Shown piece by piece: positions 28,945 through 39,628 of a stretch of 57,951 bases of DNA. Every line of letters begins with the position of its first letter. Positions within the stretch are counted from its first letter, which is position 1. Under the pieces are notes generated by a model, which made no database searches, was not told the origin of the DNA, and worked only from the letters and a program-made list of their open reading frames with translations. Position numbers and translations under genes: made by a program. Where the stretch lies: assembly GCA_019057375.1 (NCBI GenBank), contig DXJF01000149.1, positions 1 through 57,951 of the forward strand, in the 5' to 3' direction. The DNA comes from Candidatus Heimdallarchaeota archaeon (lineage in GTDB: Archaea; Asgardarchaeota; Heimdallarchaeia; Heimdallarchaeales; Heimdallarchaeaceae).

Positions 28945-30351
28945 CTAATTTGATTGACTTTGTAATTTTGCCAAGTATCGCTTGTATCCATCTAAAGTGT
29001 CTTCAACTCTCAACATATGCCTTTCTGCTTTAATTCGTAGTTCTTGCCATTCTTCTTCATCGATTTTCTCCGAATTTAGAGCATGTTCTAATTGTTGGAT
29101 TCTCTCTATGGCCTTTTGTCTTCGAGTTCCGAGGTGTTTGATAACGTTCTCAATATCTTCGAATTGAATAGGAGTTTTATCTGTTTCTCCAGATTCTGCC
29201 TCAATAATTTTAGTTAACGGGGATTTCTCTTCTGCTTCGAGATCTTTTTCCTTGGATACATGTGCTATTGTTTCCTTTATCGAAGATACAAAATCAGCAG
29301 CTGTTTCTCTCTGCTGGGGTGTCGACAAAACTTTATTTAACCTAGATATAGAAGAACGAAATTCATGGACTTCAGCTATTTCTTTCTCACTTAATCCTTC
29401 TTCACTTATCACGCTTTCTTCAATAGAGGGGGTGCTCGGAAGCTTAGTTTCTCCTTCTTCATCACCAATTGACATTAGCTTTTCTGTTAAAGGAGAAATA
29501 ACTGAATCGTCTCCTGGATCCAAAGCAGATAACAAACCTGCTAACTCTTTCAAAGCTTCTTGTTCTGTTTCTATATTTTGCATAAAGGGTTCTTGCTCAA
29601 ACTCATATTGGGAAGCAAGTTCAATACCTTCAATCAGGTCTTTAGCATCATCCATCAAATCCTTTTTAGGTTGTTCAGTTGTCTTTGAAATATCATCCAA
29701 AGGATCAGAATCCACTGGTACAGAATCCAATTCAACTTCTTCAATAATTTCTTGTTCTTTAATTTCCTCAACTTTAGGCTTTTCTGTTTCAGCTTCAATC
29801 TGTTCTTCAAAAACTTGAACATCAGAATCGTCTTGGTTTTTTTCCTCTTTTTGCTTTAGAGGAATTTGTTTTGATGGTTCAATTTCTGTAATTTGAATAT
29901 TGCTTCGTTGGAGCTGTAACAAAGCTGCTGTTTGTTGTTTCAGATTTTTTGTCTCTTCACGAATAGAATTAATGTTAAGCTCTAACGTTTCAAGTTTTGC
30001 ATTAATGAACTGTAATGTGTCGTTTTCAGTACCACTGAATCTATGATATTCTATTTGTAACATATTAGCATATGTGATTACATTGTAAACTGTATCAATC
30101 ATTTCAGGTAATTCTCTAAACCAAGGTCCTGCGCTGTCGAACTTCAGAAGAATATCCTTAGCAGTTGAAAAGTGTTTTTCGTACTCTTTTTGCTGCTCTG
30201 GAGGCAAACAAGTTTTAACATATGAGGAAAGAGTTGCCAGATTGGTTATAAGGTGAGTTTTAACATCCTCCTCTTCTTCTGGATTGAACTTGCCTTTTAG
30301 AACACCCCAAAACATTGTTTTAATTTCTTCAATTGCTTTCTCAAGGCTCAT
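28945..30351 (-). CDS. Hypothetical acidic protein (helical N- and C-terminal domains, long disordered middle)
   Basis: 468-aa ORF; E/D/S/P-rich centre; coiled-coil C-terminus. Confidence 0.65.
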   Translation of the reverse strand: MSLEKAIEEIKTMFWGVLKGKFNPEEEEDVKTHLITNLATLSSYVKTCLPPEQQKEYEKHFSTAKDILLKFDSAGPWFRELPEMIDTVYNVITYANMLQIEYHRFSGTENDTLQFINAKLETLELNINSIREETKNLKQQTAALLQLQRSNIQITEIEPSKQIPLKQKEEKNQDDSDVQVFEEQIEAETEKPKVEEIKEQEIIEEVELDSVPVDSDPLDDISKTTEQPKKDLMDDAKDLIEGIELASQYEFEQEPFMQNIETEQEALKELAGLLSALDPGDDSVISPLTEKLMSIGDEEGETKLPSTPSIEESVISEEGLSEKEIAEVHEFRSSISRLNKVLSTPQQRETAADFVSSIKETIAHVSKEKDLEAEEKSPLTKIIEAESGETDKTPIQFEDIENVIKHLGTRRQKAIERIQQLEHALNSEKIDEEEWQELRIKAERHMLRVEDTLDGYKRYLAKLQSQSN

Positions 30352-30353
30352 TT

Positions 30354-31367
30354 TTAAAACCCTAAATTAATTGTTCTTCGTTTAGTAAAATCATGAGGTA
30401 ATGAAGGCTCTAAATAAACTTTCTCGACTTTCAAATCATCTTTCAGCTGAATAGTAACATCGAGTTTTTCTTTCGAATCAATGTTCCAGAAATATAGAGA
30501 CGGTTTTATCCCTGATCGAGAATACTCACTTAATATAGAAAATGAACTTACCAGATGTTGATATTCGGGACTGCTTTTAGCAGGAAAAGATTCACTCCAT
30601 GGATTTACATGGATGATTATATTATTTGTAATCTTTGCTAATTCTGTGATATTTTGACCAAAGAATTCATTAGCTCCAGTAATAAAACCAGTTTCTTTAT
30701 CAGCTTTTAATACAAAAGAAATATCGATGTTCTTTAGATTTTTCACAGTATCTGTAATTTCTTTTAATGTTTGATTAATGTAGGTAGACCTTTCATCATT
30801 CCAATTTACTATCAAGTCTCTGGTTTCAAGATATTCAAAACTGAAATCTCTTTCAATATTCCACTTGCTCGCAAATAATCTTCTGCATCTATCACAGAAA
30901 CAAGTTCTTTTGCTTGCCAACATCAAATCATCTAATACCAAACCTTCTATTGGGTAATGAGCTATTTCTGATGCTATAGCTGCTGAATATTTTATCAAAC
31001 TTTCTTGGCTTGGACAAGAATATGAAGCAATAGTAGCCCCATCGCTACTACTTAGTTGAAAATCAGTATTTTGAGAAAGAAAATTATCTCCATGTACATA
31101 AGTAACCGCATCCACTTTTATTCCCATATTATCTGAAATTGTACAAAATGAATGAAAGAAGACACCGTTTGTTTTATCTTTTGGAGCACTATTGCTTTGG
31201 TAGAAAGTAAAACCAGATCTTCCTTTTGCAACTAATGATAAGGTATCCACCATATGTCCATAATGATCCAAAAAATCATCAGGATTTGTCTGAATGACAG
31301 TAGGGTCAACAACCAATATCGCTCCGCTCTCTAGTATTTCTTGAAGTATATCTGACACTATAATCAC
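30354..31367 (-). CDS. Glycoside-hydrolase-like TIM-barrel protein (GHL10-like)
   Basis: SCPSQ...EIAHYPIEGLVLDD...CFCDRCRRLF. Confidence 0.55.
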   Translation of the reverse strand: MIIVSDILQEILESGAILVVDPTVIQTNPDDFLDHYGHMVDTLSLVAKGRSGFTFYQSNSAPKDKTNGVFFHSFCTISDNMGIKVDAVTYVHGDNFLSQNTDFQLSSSDGATIASYSCPSQESLIKYSAAIASEIAHYPIEGLVLDDLMLASKRTCFCDRCRRLFASKWNIERDFSFEYLETRDLIVNWNDERSTYINQTLKEITDTVKNLKNIDISFVLKADKETGFITGANEFFGQNITELAKITNNIIIHVNPWSESFPAKSSPEYQHLVSSFSILSEYSRSGIKPSLYFWNIDSKEKLDVTIQLKDDLKVEKVYLEPSLPHDFTKRRTINLGF

Positions 31368-31516
31368 GATGCTATTTTTAATAAGATAAACTCATTTCGC
31401 CTTATTAAAAGTTTGTTAGAGGATTATCTTTTAACTCATGGAAGAATTGGTAGAGAAGAAGAAAAATAAGCAATTTCATGGAATTCATAGACTAAGAAGA
31501 GAATACTGAGTCATTA

Positions 31517-31951
31517 TCACAAATTGAGTAACAATAATTTAAACTCATCATCTAGCGCTCTAGTAAGTGTTGTTTCTGTCTCAAAAATTACAAATTCTCC
31601 TGTAACAGTAATCTTGTTACCAGGTAATAAATGTCCCCCAAAGGTGTTTCCTTCTTGATCACCAACTAACATGTGTAGATGTGCCATGTAATCCTTAGTC
31701 TCAGCGTTTTTAGCAATGTTACCACTGCAATTAAGTATCTCTGCATTAAAATCATAATCATTTTGAAGATAGATTTTTTTATCTAAGTCAAAATAACCTA
31801 AAGAGGGATTACATACGGCTCCTATTCCAAGGACTGCTCCCGATGACACTTCGTTATCCTTACAGTAGGAAACTATGCTTTCTAGTATATCATCACCTTT
31901 CTCAAGCTTAAGATAGTGTACCCTTTTCAATTTATCAATTGTTGATTTCAT
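31517..31951 (-). CDS. PPC/DUF296 domain protein
   Basis: LEKGDDIL, GIGAV, EILNCSGNI, HLHMLVGD..G..FGGHL, TGE. Confidence 0.9.
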   Translation of the reverse strand: MKSTIDKLKRVHYLKLEKGDDILESIVSYCKDNEVSSGAVLGIGAVCNPSLGYFDLDKKIYLQNDYDFNAEILNCSGNIAKNAETKDYMAHLHMLVGDQEGNTFGGHLLPGNKITVTGEFVIFETETTLTRALDDEFKLLLLNL

Positions 31952-32164
31952 GAGATAAACATAAATTAGTATTAAATAAAATTAGTGGGAATAAGTTACA
32001 TCTGATGAATTTATTAAGGTAAATAAATGTTATAAATTGGATTATGTAAATTGGTTTGAATGTCAATAATAGTAAAAATATATATTTAGTATGTTTAACT
32101 AACAATAAAGCTAGCGTGTGCAATTTAGAGATGAGCATCAAAATGGAAAGCGGGTAAATCTATC

Positions 32165-34951
32165 GTGAAAAATGATAATAAAAATTCTCATAATAATCTA
32201 ATGAGTTTCATTCAAGATTCAAACAAAGTAGATTCTGATAACGAGAAAGAAGGAGATTTGAGTTCAAAAATTAATATGAAAAACAATAAGGAATCAACTT
32301 CAAATAAAGGAGCTTCTCTGAACACAAATAAAAAACCAGCTGATAATACTAAGGGGGAATCCTTTGGAGAAAAGGGAAGCCGTTATGTTCATCTTGCTCC
32401 CGAAAATCTATCCCCTTCCTATCTTATTGATGTAAAATATGATGGCAAAAAAGAGAAGGCATATGTAAAACTGTTCAACCCAGAACAAGGTAAAGTTTTC
32501 AGATGGTATGATACAACAAACCACCTACCATATTTGCTCACTACAGTAAGTAAAGCTGAAGTAGAAAAAAAACTTGCAAATGAAAAAGAGTTTATTGGTT
32601 GTGAGGTTCTCAAGAAATATAGTCTACTTAATGAAAAGGAATTAACTCTAACAAAGGTAATTGCAACAAATCCGCTAGTAATTGGGGGGAGAGATGATAG
32701 TTATAGGGAAAAAATCAGCCCCTCTTTTGAGGCTAATATTAGATATCATTTGAATTATATCTATGACAATGAACTAGTTCCGGGATTGTTCTATGAAGTT
32801 AAAAACAACAAACTACAAAGAGTGGAACCTAAAATATCCAAAGAAGTTAAAGATAACATCCTTGATATCTTTAAAGGACAATCTCACGAAATTTTGCAAT
32901 TAGCTGAGCAGTATCTTCCTATATTCTTTGCTCCTATTCCTAAAATAAGCAGGTGTTCAGTAGATATAGAAGTTGAGAGTGAAAAAAACAAAATCCCCGA
33001 TCCTCATGCAGCCATACAAAAAGTAATCTCAATAGGCTTAACAAATGAAGAAAGAGAAACCACTGTTTTTGTGCTTAATGAAGAAAAAAAACAAATAGAT
33101 CAAAGTAAAATTTCAATAAAGGTTAAAGAGTTTGATGATGAGAAAGAGTTGCTTCTAGCAGTTTTTGATGAAATGAGCAAATATCCTATTGTTATTACAT
33201 TTAATGGGGATAGTTTTGATTTCTTGTATTTAGATAATAGAGCAAAAAGACTTGAAATTGATGAAGAGTTGAATCCATTTATACGAACAAGATCTCAAGA
33301 CGTTTACCTTTCCCACTCAATACATCTTGATTTATATAGATTTTTTAGACAACCTGCTATTCGAATTTATGCATTTGGAGGTGTTTACGATAGAGTAACC
33401 CTTGATGAACTTGGAAAAACAATTCTAGACAAGGAGAAACTTAAGATTGAAAAAGATATTTGGGAATTGGATTTGGAGGAACTTATCGAATACAATGGAA
33501 GAGATTCTGAAATAACTTTTGAATTAACCAGTTTCAATAATGATCAAGTAATTAACTTAATAGTAATGCTTTCCCGAATTACAAAAATGCCAATAGATGA
33601 TTTTACTCGAGCAAGTATTAGTATATGGATTCAGAATTGGATGTACTTTGAACACAGACTCAGAAATTATTTAATCCCAAGAAGAGAGGATATTCTTCAA
33701 TTAAAGGGAGGTACATCAACTGAAGCCATCATTAAAGGAAAGAAGTATCAAGGAGCCATTGTAATAGATCCACAAGTTGGTGTATGGTGGGATGTTCATG
33801 TAATGGATTTTGCTAGTCTCTATCCTTCCATCATAAAAACTAGAAATTTGTCGTATGAAACTTTGAATTGTAACCATACTGAGTGCAAGAAGAACAAAAT
33901 ACCAGAAACCAGTCACTGGATATGTGAAAAGCATGTAGGTATAAGTTCCATGTTAATTGGATTCATAAGAGATATCAGGGTTTACTGGTTCAAAGATAGA
34001 GCAAAAGATCCATCGTTAAGCGAAGAAGAAAGAAAACTTAGCGATGTTACACAATCTTCTCTAAAAGTACTACTTAACGCCTCTTATGGTGTTTTTGGTT
34101 CGGATAATTTTGCTTTGTATTGTCCTCCAGTGGCAGAGTCAACTGCAGCTCTTGCTCGAGAAGCAATTTCTAAAACAAAGATATATAGCGAAGAGAAATT
34201 AGGATTGCAAGTTCTGTATGGGGATACAGATAGTATTTTCATACACAAACCAACCCCTGAAAATATCGAGGAATTGGAAAAATGGAGCATGGAAACCTTT
34301 CAGATAGAATTAGGAACTGATTATGTATTCCGTTATTGTGGACTTTCAGATAGAAAGAAAAACTACTTTGGAATCACAACTAAAGGATATCCAATAGTAA
34401 AGGGTTTGATGGGTAGGAAGAAAAATACGCCAATTTTAGCAAAAAGACCATTTGAAAAAGCTTTAGAAATTTTAGCAGAGGTTCATACCCCAGAAGAATT
34501 AGAAGAAACTAAGAAGAAGATAATAAGAATAATACAAGCTGTTAACCAAAAGATATCAAAACGGAATTTTGAACTTGAAGATCTAGCAATTCATGTAACT
34601 CTATCTAAGAAAATTGAGCAATATGATAGTTGGACTCAACCTTTACAAGCTGCAATTCAACTTATGTTAGCATTTCCTGATGGTGAAAGGCCAACTGTAG
34701 GGTCTTTGATTAGTTTTATCAAAACTAAACCATTTAAGATACAAGCTCAATCCATTAAGCTTTCTGATAAAATTAGCAGAAGCAAAGAATGTTCTGTAAA
34801 ACCAATTCAATTAGCAGAAAAATCAGATGTGGATATACCTAAAGTTAAAGAACTACTTAAATCTACATTAATACAGCTGCTGGATACCATAGGTATTTCC
34901 TGGGGAGAATCAATTGAAGGTCAAAAATCTCTTGATTCTTGGTTTAGTTAA
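32165..34951 (+). CDS. polB1: Family B DNA polymerase, PolB1 (Dpo1)-like, with low-complexity N-terminal extension and C-terminal PIP box
   Basis: ExoI VDIEVE, ExoII FNGDSFD, ExoIII YNGRDS; DFASLYPSII, KVLLNASYGVFG, YGDTDS; ends QKSLDSWFS. Confidence 0.93.
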   Translation: MKNDNKNSHNNLMSFIQDSNKVDSDNEKEGDLSSKINMKNNKESTSNKGASLNTNKKPADNTKGESFGEKGSRYVHLAPENLSPSYLIDVKYDGKKEKAYVKLFNPEQGKVFRWYDTTNHLPYLLTTVSKAEVEKKLANEKEFIGCEVLKKYSLLNEKELTLTKVIATNPLVIGGRDDSYREKISPSFEANIRYHLNYIYDNELVPGLFYEVKNNKLQRVEPKISKEVKDNILDIFKGQSHEILQLAEQYLPIFFAPIPKISRCSVDIEVESEKNKIPDPHAAIQKVISIGLTNEERETTVFVLNEEKKQIDQSKISIKVKEFDDEKELLLAVFDEMSKYPIVITFNGDSFDFLYLDNRAKRLEIDEELNPFIRTRSQDVYLSHSIHLDLYRFFRQPAIRIYAFGGVYDRVTLDELGKTILDKEKLKIEKDIWELDLEELIEYNGRDSEITFELTSFNNDQVINLIVMLSRITKMPIDDFTRASISIWIQNWMYFEHRLRNYLIPRREDILQLKGGTSTEAIIKGKKYQGAIVIDPQVGVWWDVHVMDFASLYPSIIKTRNLSYETLNCNHTECKKNKIPETSHWICEKHVGISSMLIGFIRDIRVYWFKDRAKDPSLSEEERKLSDVTQSSLKVLLNASYGVFGSDNFALYCPPVAESTAALAREAISKTKIYSEEKLGLQVLYGDTDSIFIHKPTPENIEELEKWSMETFQIELGTDYVFRYCGLSDRKKNYFGITTKGYPIVKGLMGRKKNTPILAKRPFEKALEILAEVHTPEELEETKKKIIRIIQAVNQKISKRNFELEDLAIHVTLSKKIEQYDSWTQPLQAAIQLMLAFPDGERPTVGSLISFIKTKPFKIQAQSIKLSDKISRSKECSVKPIQLAEKSDVDIPKVKELLKSTLIQLLDTIGISWGESIEGQKSLDSWFS

Positions 34952-34956
34952 ATGAG

Positions 34957-35679
34957 GTGTTTTCGCTGCCTGAAGCTACAATGATTAGAATATCACAAAA
35001 ATCTCTCAACATTGATAGCCTGAATGATTTGTATTCGGCTCTTGAGGAAGAACCCGTAACAATAAAACGCTTGTTTGATCCTCGTTTCTCAAGATCAGGT
35101 GACGATCTAGTTATTGAGGGTGACATCGACAAAGTTTTAGAGAAATTAAATCAAGATTTACCACGAATCATTTCAGTTAGATTCAAAACAAATGATCTCA
35201 ATACGATCCTAGAATCGAAATCAGTTTTGAATATTGAACATGGAGATACCAAAATCTTCTTTGGTACATCACTGGTTGATTATGAACATTTATACTCTAG
35301 ATTGCGTATAAATGACAAAACAAAGATACTTTCCTTGCTTTTTCGATCACAATTAGGTGGTCAATTTATTTCACTTATGCCCGTAAAAATCAAAGGGATT
35401 GTAGTAACAAATAGAATCAATAACAGTGTTGAGTTCATTCTACCCTCTCAAAGAATTGTTACGCTACGAAATTGGTTAGAAGTACTCGAAATTAACTCTA
35501 ATGTTAATTTTGATACACTTGTCGATATATTTCGATTAACAGACCCAAGTATGCGGAAAAAAATGGAAGATGCCATGAACTGGATTAATCTTCAACTTCC
35601 TGAAATAGTAGCAAAATCATCAGCAATTGAAAATATTGATATAGTTAAAGCTTTTCAAAGCACCCTTAATTTGATGTAA
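34957..35679 (+). CDS. Hypothetical protein directly downstream of polB1
   Basis: 240-aa ORF, GTG start 5 nt after the polB stop; no motif recognised. Confidence 0.6.
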   Translation: MFSLPEATMIRISQKSLNIDSLNDLYSALEEEPVTIKRLFDPRFSRSGDDLVIEGDIDKVLEKLNQDLPRIISVRFKTNDLNTILESKSVLNIEHGDTKIFFGTSLVDYEHLYSRLRINDKTKILSLLFRSQLGGQFISLMPVKIKGIVVTNRINNSVEFILPSQRIVTLRNWLEVLEINSNVNFDTLVDIFRLTDPSMRKKMEDAMNWINLQLPEIVAKSSAIENIDIVKAFQSTLNLM

Positions 35680-35753
35680 GCTGGTAGTTTACTGACAACA
35701 AGAGTTAAAGTTAAAAACATTCCTACTTTTTATGCTCTGAAGGAGATAAATCA

Positions 35754-36437
35754 ATGAAATCAAAGAGTAAGATTCTCTTGTTAGTAGTTCTCACATCAGT
35801 AATTTTCTATGCTCATTTTGCAGCTAGTTACGTATCAGAACAACAATTAATAGTTAGTCAAGTAGTTTTTGATAAAACAGCTGTTCAAAACGAAAATTTA
35901 GAAGTTAGTATCATAATCAAGAATTATTTAAACTACACAATCACCAATATTACTGTTTCTTTAGATTTCACAGATTCAGCTCCATTAACCCTCAATTCAA
36001 GTATGTTTGGGCGATTAACAAACGGTAATATTACTCTCAATTCAACAATGCAAACACCAGAAGAATATGACTTTACTCCAGTAAATATCACATATGGATT
36101 CATGACAACAGAATACTTGGAATTTAATATTACACAATTAGAACCTGGTACAAGTATTATATTCTATTATAACTTAACTTCAGATAGTATTATTTCTAAA
36201 GTTATACCTCCCGTAGATATGTCATATCTTGATAATTGGGGGGATTTACAGGAAATATCTCGTCTAAGTCAGATTCTAGTTGATTTCGTTTCAGCTGATC
36301 CAGATATAAATACTGTCTTACCACAATGGAATTTGGGTAAGTCAATTTCCACAGCATGGGCATTGGTTATTTTTGCTTTAGTGCCTGCTGTAATTGCAGG
36401 ATTATCTGCATTTCTATTATATTTTAGAAGGAGATAA
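35754..36437 (+). CDS. Secreted, membrane-anchored beta-sandwich protein
   Basis: N-terminal signal peptide, Asn/Thr-rich beta strands with many NxT/S sequons, C-terminal TM helix followed by RRR. Confidence 0.7.
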   Translation: MKSKSKILLLVVLTSVIFYAHFAASYVSEQQLIVSQVVFDKTAVQNENLEVSIIIKNYLNYTITNITVSLDFTDSAPLTLNSSMFGRLTNGNITLNSTMQTPEEYDFTPVNITYGFMTTEYLEFNITQLEPGTSIIFYYNLTSDSIISKVIPPVDMSYLDNWGDLQEISRLSQILVDFVSADPDINTVLPQWNLGKSISTAWALVIFALVPAVIAGLSAFLLYFRRR

Positions 36438-36470
36438 CTGATTAACTCCTTTATTTTATTCTTATCAATT

Positions 36471-37331
36471 CTATGAAGAATATTTGTAGAAACCCTCGCC
36501 AGATTTTCTACCCAATTTACCCTTTTCAACCATTTTCTTTAGAAGTGGAGCTGGATTATACATTTCTCCATATTTAGTTGCTATGTAACTTCCAATATCT
36601 AGCATAACATCCAAACCTATGTAATCTGAAAGTTCAAACGGTCCCATTGGATGATTAAGTCCAAGTTTTACTGCAGTGTCTATGTCTTCTTTTTCCGCAA
36701 CTTTTGTTTCTATTAGTTTATAGGATTCATTCAAGAAAACCCAAAGCAATCTATTAACAATGAAGCCTGGAGCTTCGTTTGAAGGTACTGGTGTTTTACC
36801 CAGTTTTTGACAGAGGGACATTATTTTACTAACAGTTTCATCATTTGTTTCATTTCCTTTAATTACTTCAACTAATTTCATCAACGATGGTGGATTGAAG
36901 AAATGAAGTCCTAAGAATAGTTCTTGTCTATTCGTTACCATTGCAAGATCAGTTATACTAATTGCAGAAGTGTTGCTTGCAAAAATGACATCCTTTTCAC
37001 ATATTTCATCAAGCTCTGTAAACAATCTTTTTTTTGCTTTAGATTCTTCAATGATTGCTTCAATTACTAGTTGAACATCTTTTGTAGATTCAGCTAAAAT
37101 AACATTAAAGGAAATTTTGCTTTTTATCTGATTGGCTTCTTCCTCTGTTATTTTCCCCCTTTTCATACTTCCCTTGAGAAATTTATCTATTTGTTCCTTT
37201 CCTCTTTCCAGATATTCTTCACTTATATCATTGAGATTAACGTTAATTCCAGCTTTTGCTAAAACCATTGCAATACCGCTTCCCATTGTTCCCGAACCAA
37301 TTACTGCAATTTTCTTGAACTCAAAACTCAT
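36471..37331 (-). CDS. hbd: 3-hydroxyacyl-CoA dehydrogenase (3-hydroxybutyryl-CoA dehydrogenase-like)
   Basis: VIGSGTMGSGIA, EAIIE, ASNTS, GLHFFNP, PGFIVNRL, HPMGPF.L.D.IGLD. Confidence 0.92.
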   Translation of the reverse strand: MSFEFKKIAVIGSGTMGSGIAMVLAKAGINVNLNDISEEYLERGKEQIDKFLKGSMKRGKITEEEANQIKSKISFNVILAESTKDVQLVIEAIIEESKAKKRLFTELDEICEKDVIFASNTSAISITDLAMVTNRQELFLGLHFFNPPSLMKLVEVIKGNETNDETVSKIMSLCQKLGKTPVPSNEAPGFIVNRLLWVFLNESYKLIETKVAEKEDIDTAVKLGLNHPMGPFELSDYIGLDVMLDIGSYIATKYGEMYNPAPLLKKMVEKGKLGRKSGEGFYKYSS

Positions 37332-37580
37332 ACATCAACTTACTCAGCTTTATTATTTAAGATTTCAGCAAGAAATATGGTTGTTAAAACATAATTATCC
37401 TAGTTATGTTCCCACAATCGTATTAACATATGGTTTCAAGTAACCGCTTAGATTAAAGTAGTCGAAGGATGCAATTGCATAAAGAATACATAAACAAATG
37501 AGAGGAGAGGAAATGCAACTACAAAGAACTGATTTTTCCCGAGTTTAAATATCATTTTGTGGATAGTATTGTGAGAGAAG

Positions 37581-39521
37581 ATGGTCACGCAAACTGCAAC
37601 TAAACAACAGGTTCTTCACCCCTCTAGTTCAAAAGGAGTGATGAGAAACTATCAAGTTGGTCTGAAGTGCGTGGATCAATCCCAACGAGAAGAAATAAAT
37701 CAGAGGATACGAGATTTAGAAAACCAACAACATCACCTACTTACTCCTCAACTGATTAAACAAGCAGTAAAACTATACAGAACCAATCCAAAAGAAGGAT
37801 TCTTCACCCGCCAACTCTGCAAAAAAATGTGAAAAAGTCCCAATATTGCAGAAAGTGCTTTTCATTGGTTGTACATAGCTATCAAAGGCAAGATAGATAA
37901 GGAAAAGAAAGTGCAAGGATTACTTAACTTTATGCTGAAGAATCCCCAACAGTTAGTGGAATGGATAATTTTTGGTCGGTCACCTTATACTGAAAGAAGT
38001 TTGGAGAAGTATTGGAAACTGAAAAGAAGATATATTATCAACCTTCTCATCAGTACGAGAACTCAAACCGATTCTTATCGGAGAAAAAAACACAAGCACA
38101 ATTATTCAATTAACTTCCAACAGTTCAATGCTCTCCTTCCAACATATTCTCAATCTGAAGTTCTACAGTCTCTAGATGATGCAGTGTTCTACCAACAGAA
38201 CGAAGTCTCATTCAACCCACAACCTACCAAGAATCAGCAAACATTTCTGAACAAACTCCAATTCTTGAAAAAAGAACAGAATATTGTAATACCTTTTCTA
38301 ACTTCATGGATTAATAGTCTTCAATCTTCTCGATGGAAAAGTCTCAAAGAACTCGCAGAACAACTAGCAACAATTATGGGAAACCCTTCCCGAAAACTCT
38401 TTTCAGCAGTTAGACAGATTGTAGTTTTCACACTCTTTGACCATTACATGCAGAGTGTCCCTCAGTTAGTAAAGGCTCTCCCTTTAGCTAATATTGTCCC
38501 CCAACCATTTAAACAAAAAAAGAAAGGAAGATTACCAATTAAGCTATTAATGAAAAAAAGTTATGTTATCACCCGTCAAGGGAACGCACAAGAATTAACT
38601 GACCAAGTAAAGAAGCAAGGATGGACTGAATTTGGTTTTCCAAAGAAGGGAAAACAGCGACTAACAGCTCAAGTTAACTTCCCTCCAAAATTATTAGAGT
38701 ATCTAAATAATGGTGCCCACATTAAAGTCTTTCAAATAAGTAGTGGACATGCACCTAGTTATAAACCTAGAGTAGATGCGGTACTTGAAGGAGTGCATGA
38801 TTGTTTCCATTCCTCTACGCTTCTTCACAGCTATCTTTCGCAGATTCCTGGAAAGAAGACCTCTGTTATAAGAGTAGACATTAACCGTATAGGACAATAT
38901 ATGGCGGTGTTTAACATTCCAGTCCCTCTTCCTAATGATTTACTGAATTTAGCAAATCACTATGACCACCTCAGTACGAAAGTAATTACCGAACTTAACC
39001 AAGGATATCTTAGAAAACGAAAAGAGTATGATACTCATGGAAGTTGTAAACTTAAAAATGAACTCCTCCGCGTCTATTCTCGTCGTCATCGCATTCTTCG
39101 CGAGATCACCCGTCTCTTTCCCCACTTTCTTGCTGCAGTGCTGGTTAAAAAGAAGTGTAAAGTGCTAAAAATTGAACGCTTAACAGCTAACCCCACCAGT
39201 ACCCGAGGTGCTTTAGCTAAAGCTATCTACACCATGCCTGATAGTTTGTTCATTTACAAAAAGGCAGTGTGGTTAGCTTCCCTAGAATTAGGGTACGATG
39301 TAAAGTTAGAAACAGTTTCCCCCTATCAAACAAGTACTATCCATTATAGGTGTGGTGGTTCTCTCATACGACAACAAGGTCAGTATGATGTTGCTCCTTG
39401 TACTAAATGTAGTCAACAGGTCAACACTCACTTCAATGCTGCCCAGAATATCGCTTCCCTCCAAGGTAACTTTCTCCCTAATAATCTCTTCCCCTCATCG
39501 CACATGAGGGGACCCACTTAA
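37581..39521 (+). pseudogene. tnpB: Large TnpB/Cas12f-like RuvC + Zn-ribbon protein (646 codons), interrupted by one in-frame TGA at 37830-37832
   Basis: ORFs 37581-37832 and 37869-39521 are in the same frame with 12 open codons between them. RuvC-I VDIN (Asp 38877), RuvC-II IERL (Glu 39174), HYRC...CTKC, and NTHFNAAQNI. Confidence 0.72.
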
Positions 39522-39554
39522 ACGACGGTTAAAAAGCCTTTGGCAAGTTTAACC
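39490..39554 (+). ncRNA. Putative omega/reRNA scaffold or right-end hairpins of the tnpB element
   Basis: 9-bp stem tcccctcat/atgagggga (39490-39512) overlapping the ORF end; 7-bp stem ggttaaa/tttaacc (39527-39554) with an inner gcc/ggc pair. Confidence 0.45.
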
Positions 39555-39628
39555 AAGTTTCATGATGTGCGCTTAGTATTACATCGTCTTTTATTAATTT
39601 TTCAGAGGTTTACCTTGGTGCTAACTTC

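Noticed and set aside
37830-37832. In-frame TGA as selenocysteine or programmed readthrough
   Set aside because: Not a redox-motif context, no SECIS-like element recognised, and TnpB proteins are not known selenoproteins; a nonsense mutation is simpler.
37445-39576. 7-bp direct repeat cgcttag flanking the tnpB region (37445-37451 and 39570-39576) as a target-site duplication
   Set aside because: A 7-mer match between two flanks of this size is expected by chance, there are no terminal inverted repeats, and IS200/605-type elements do not make TSDs.
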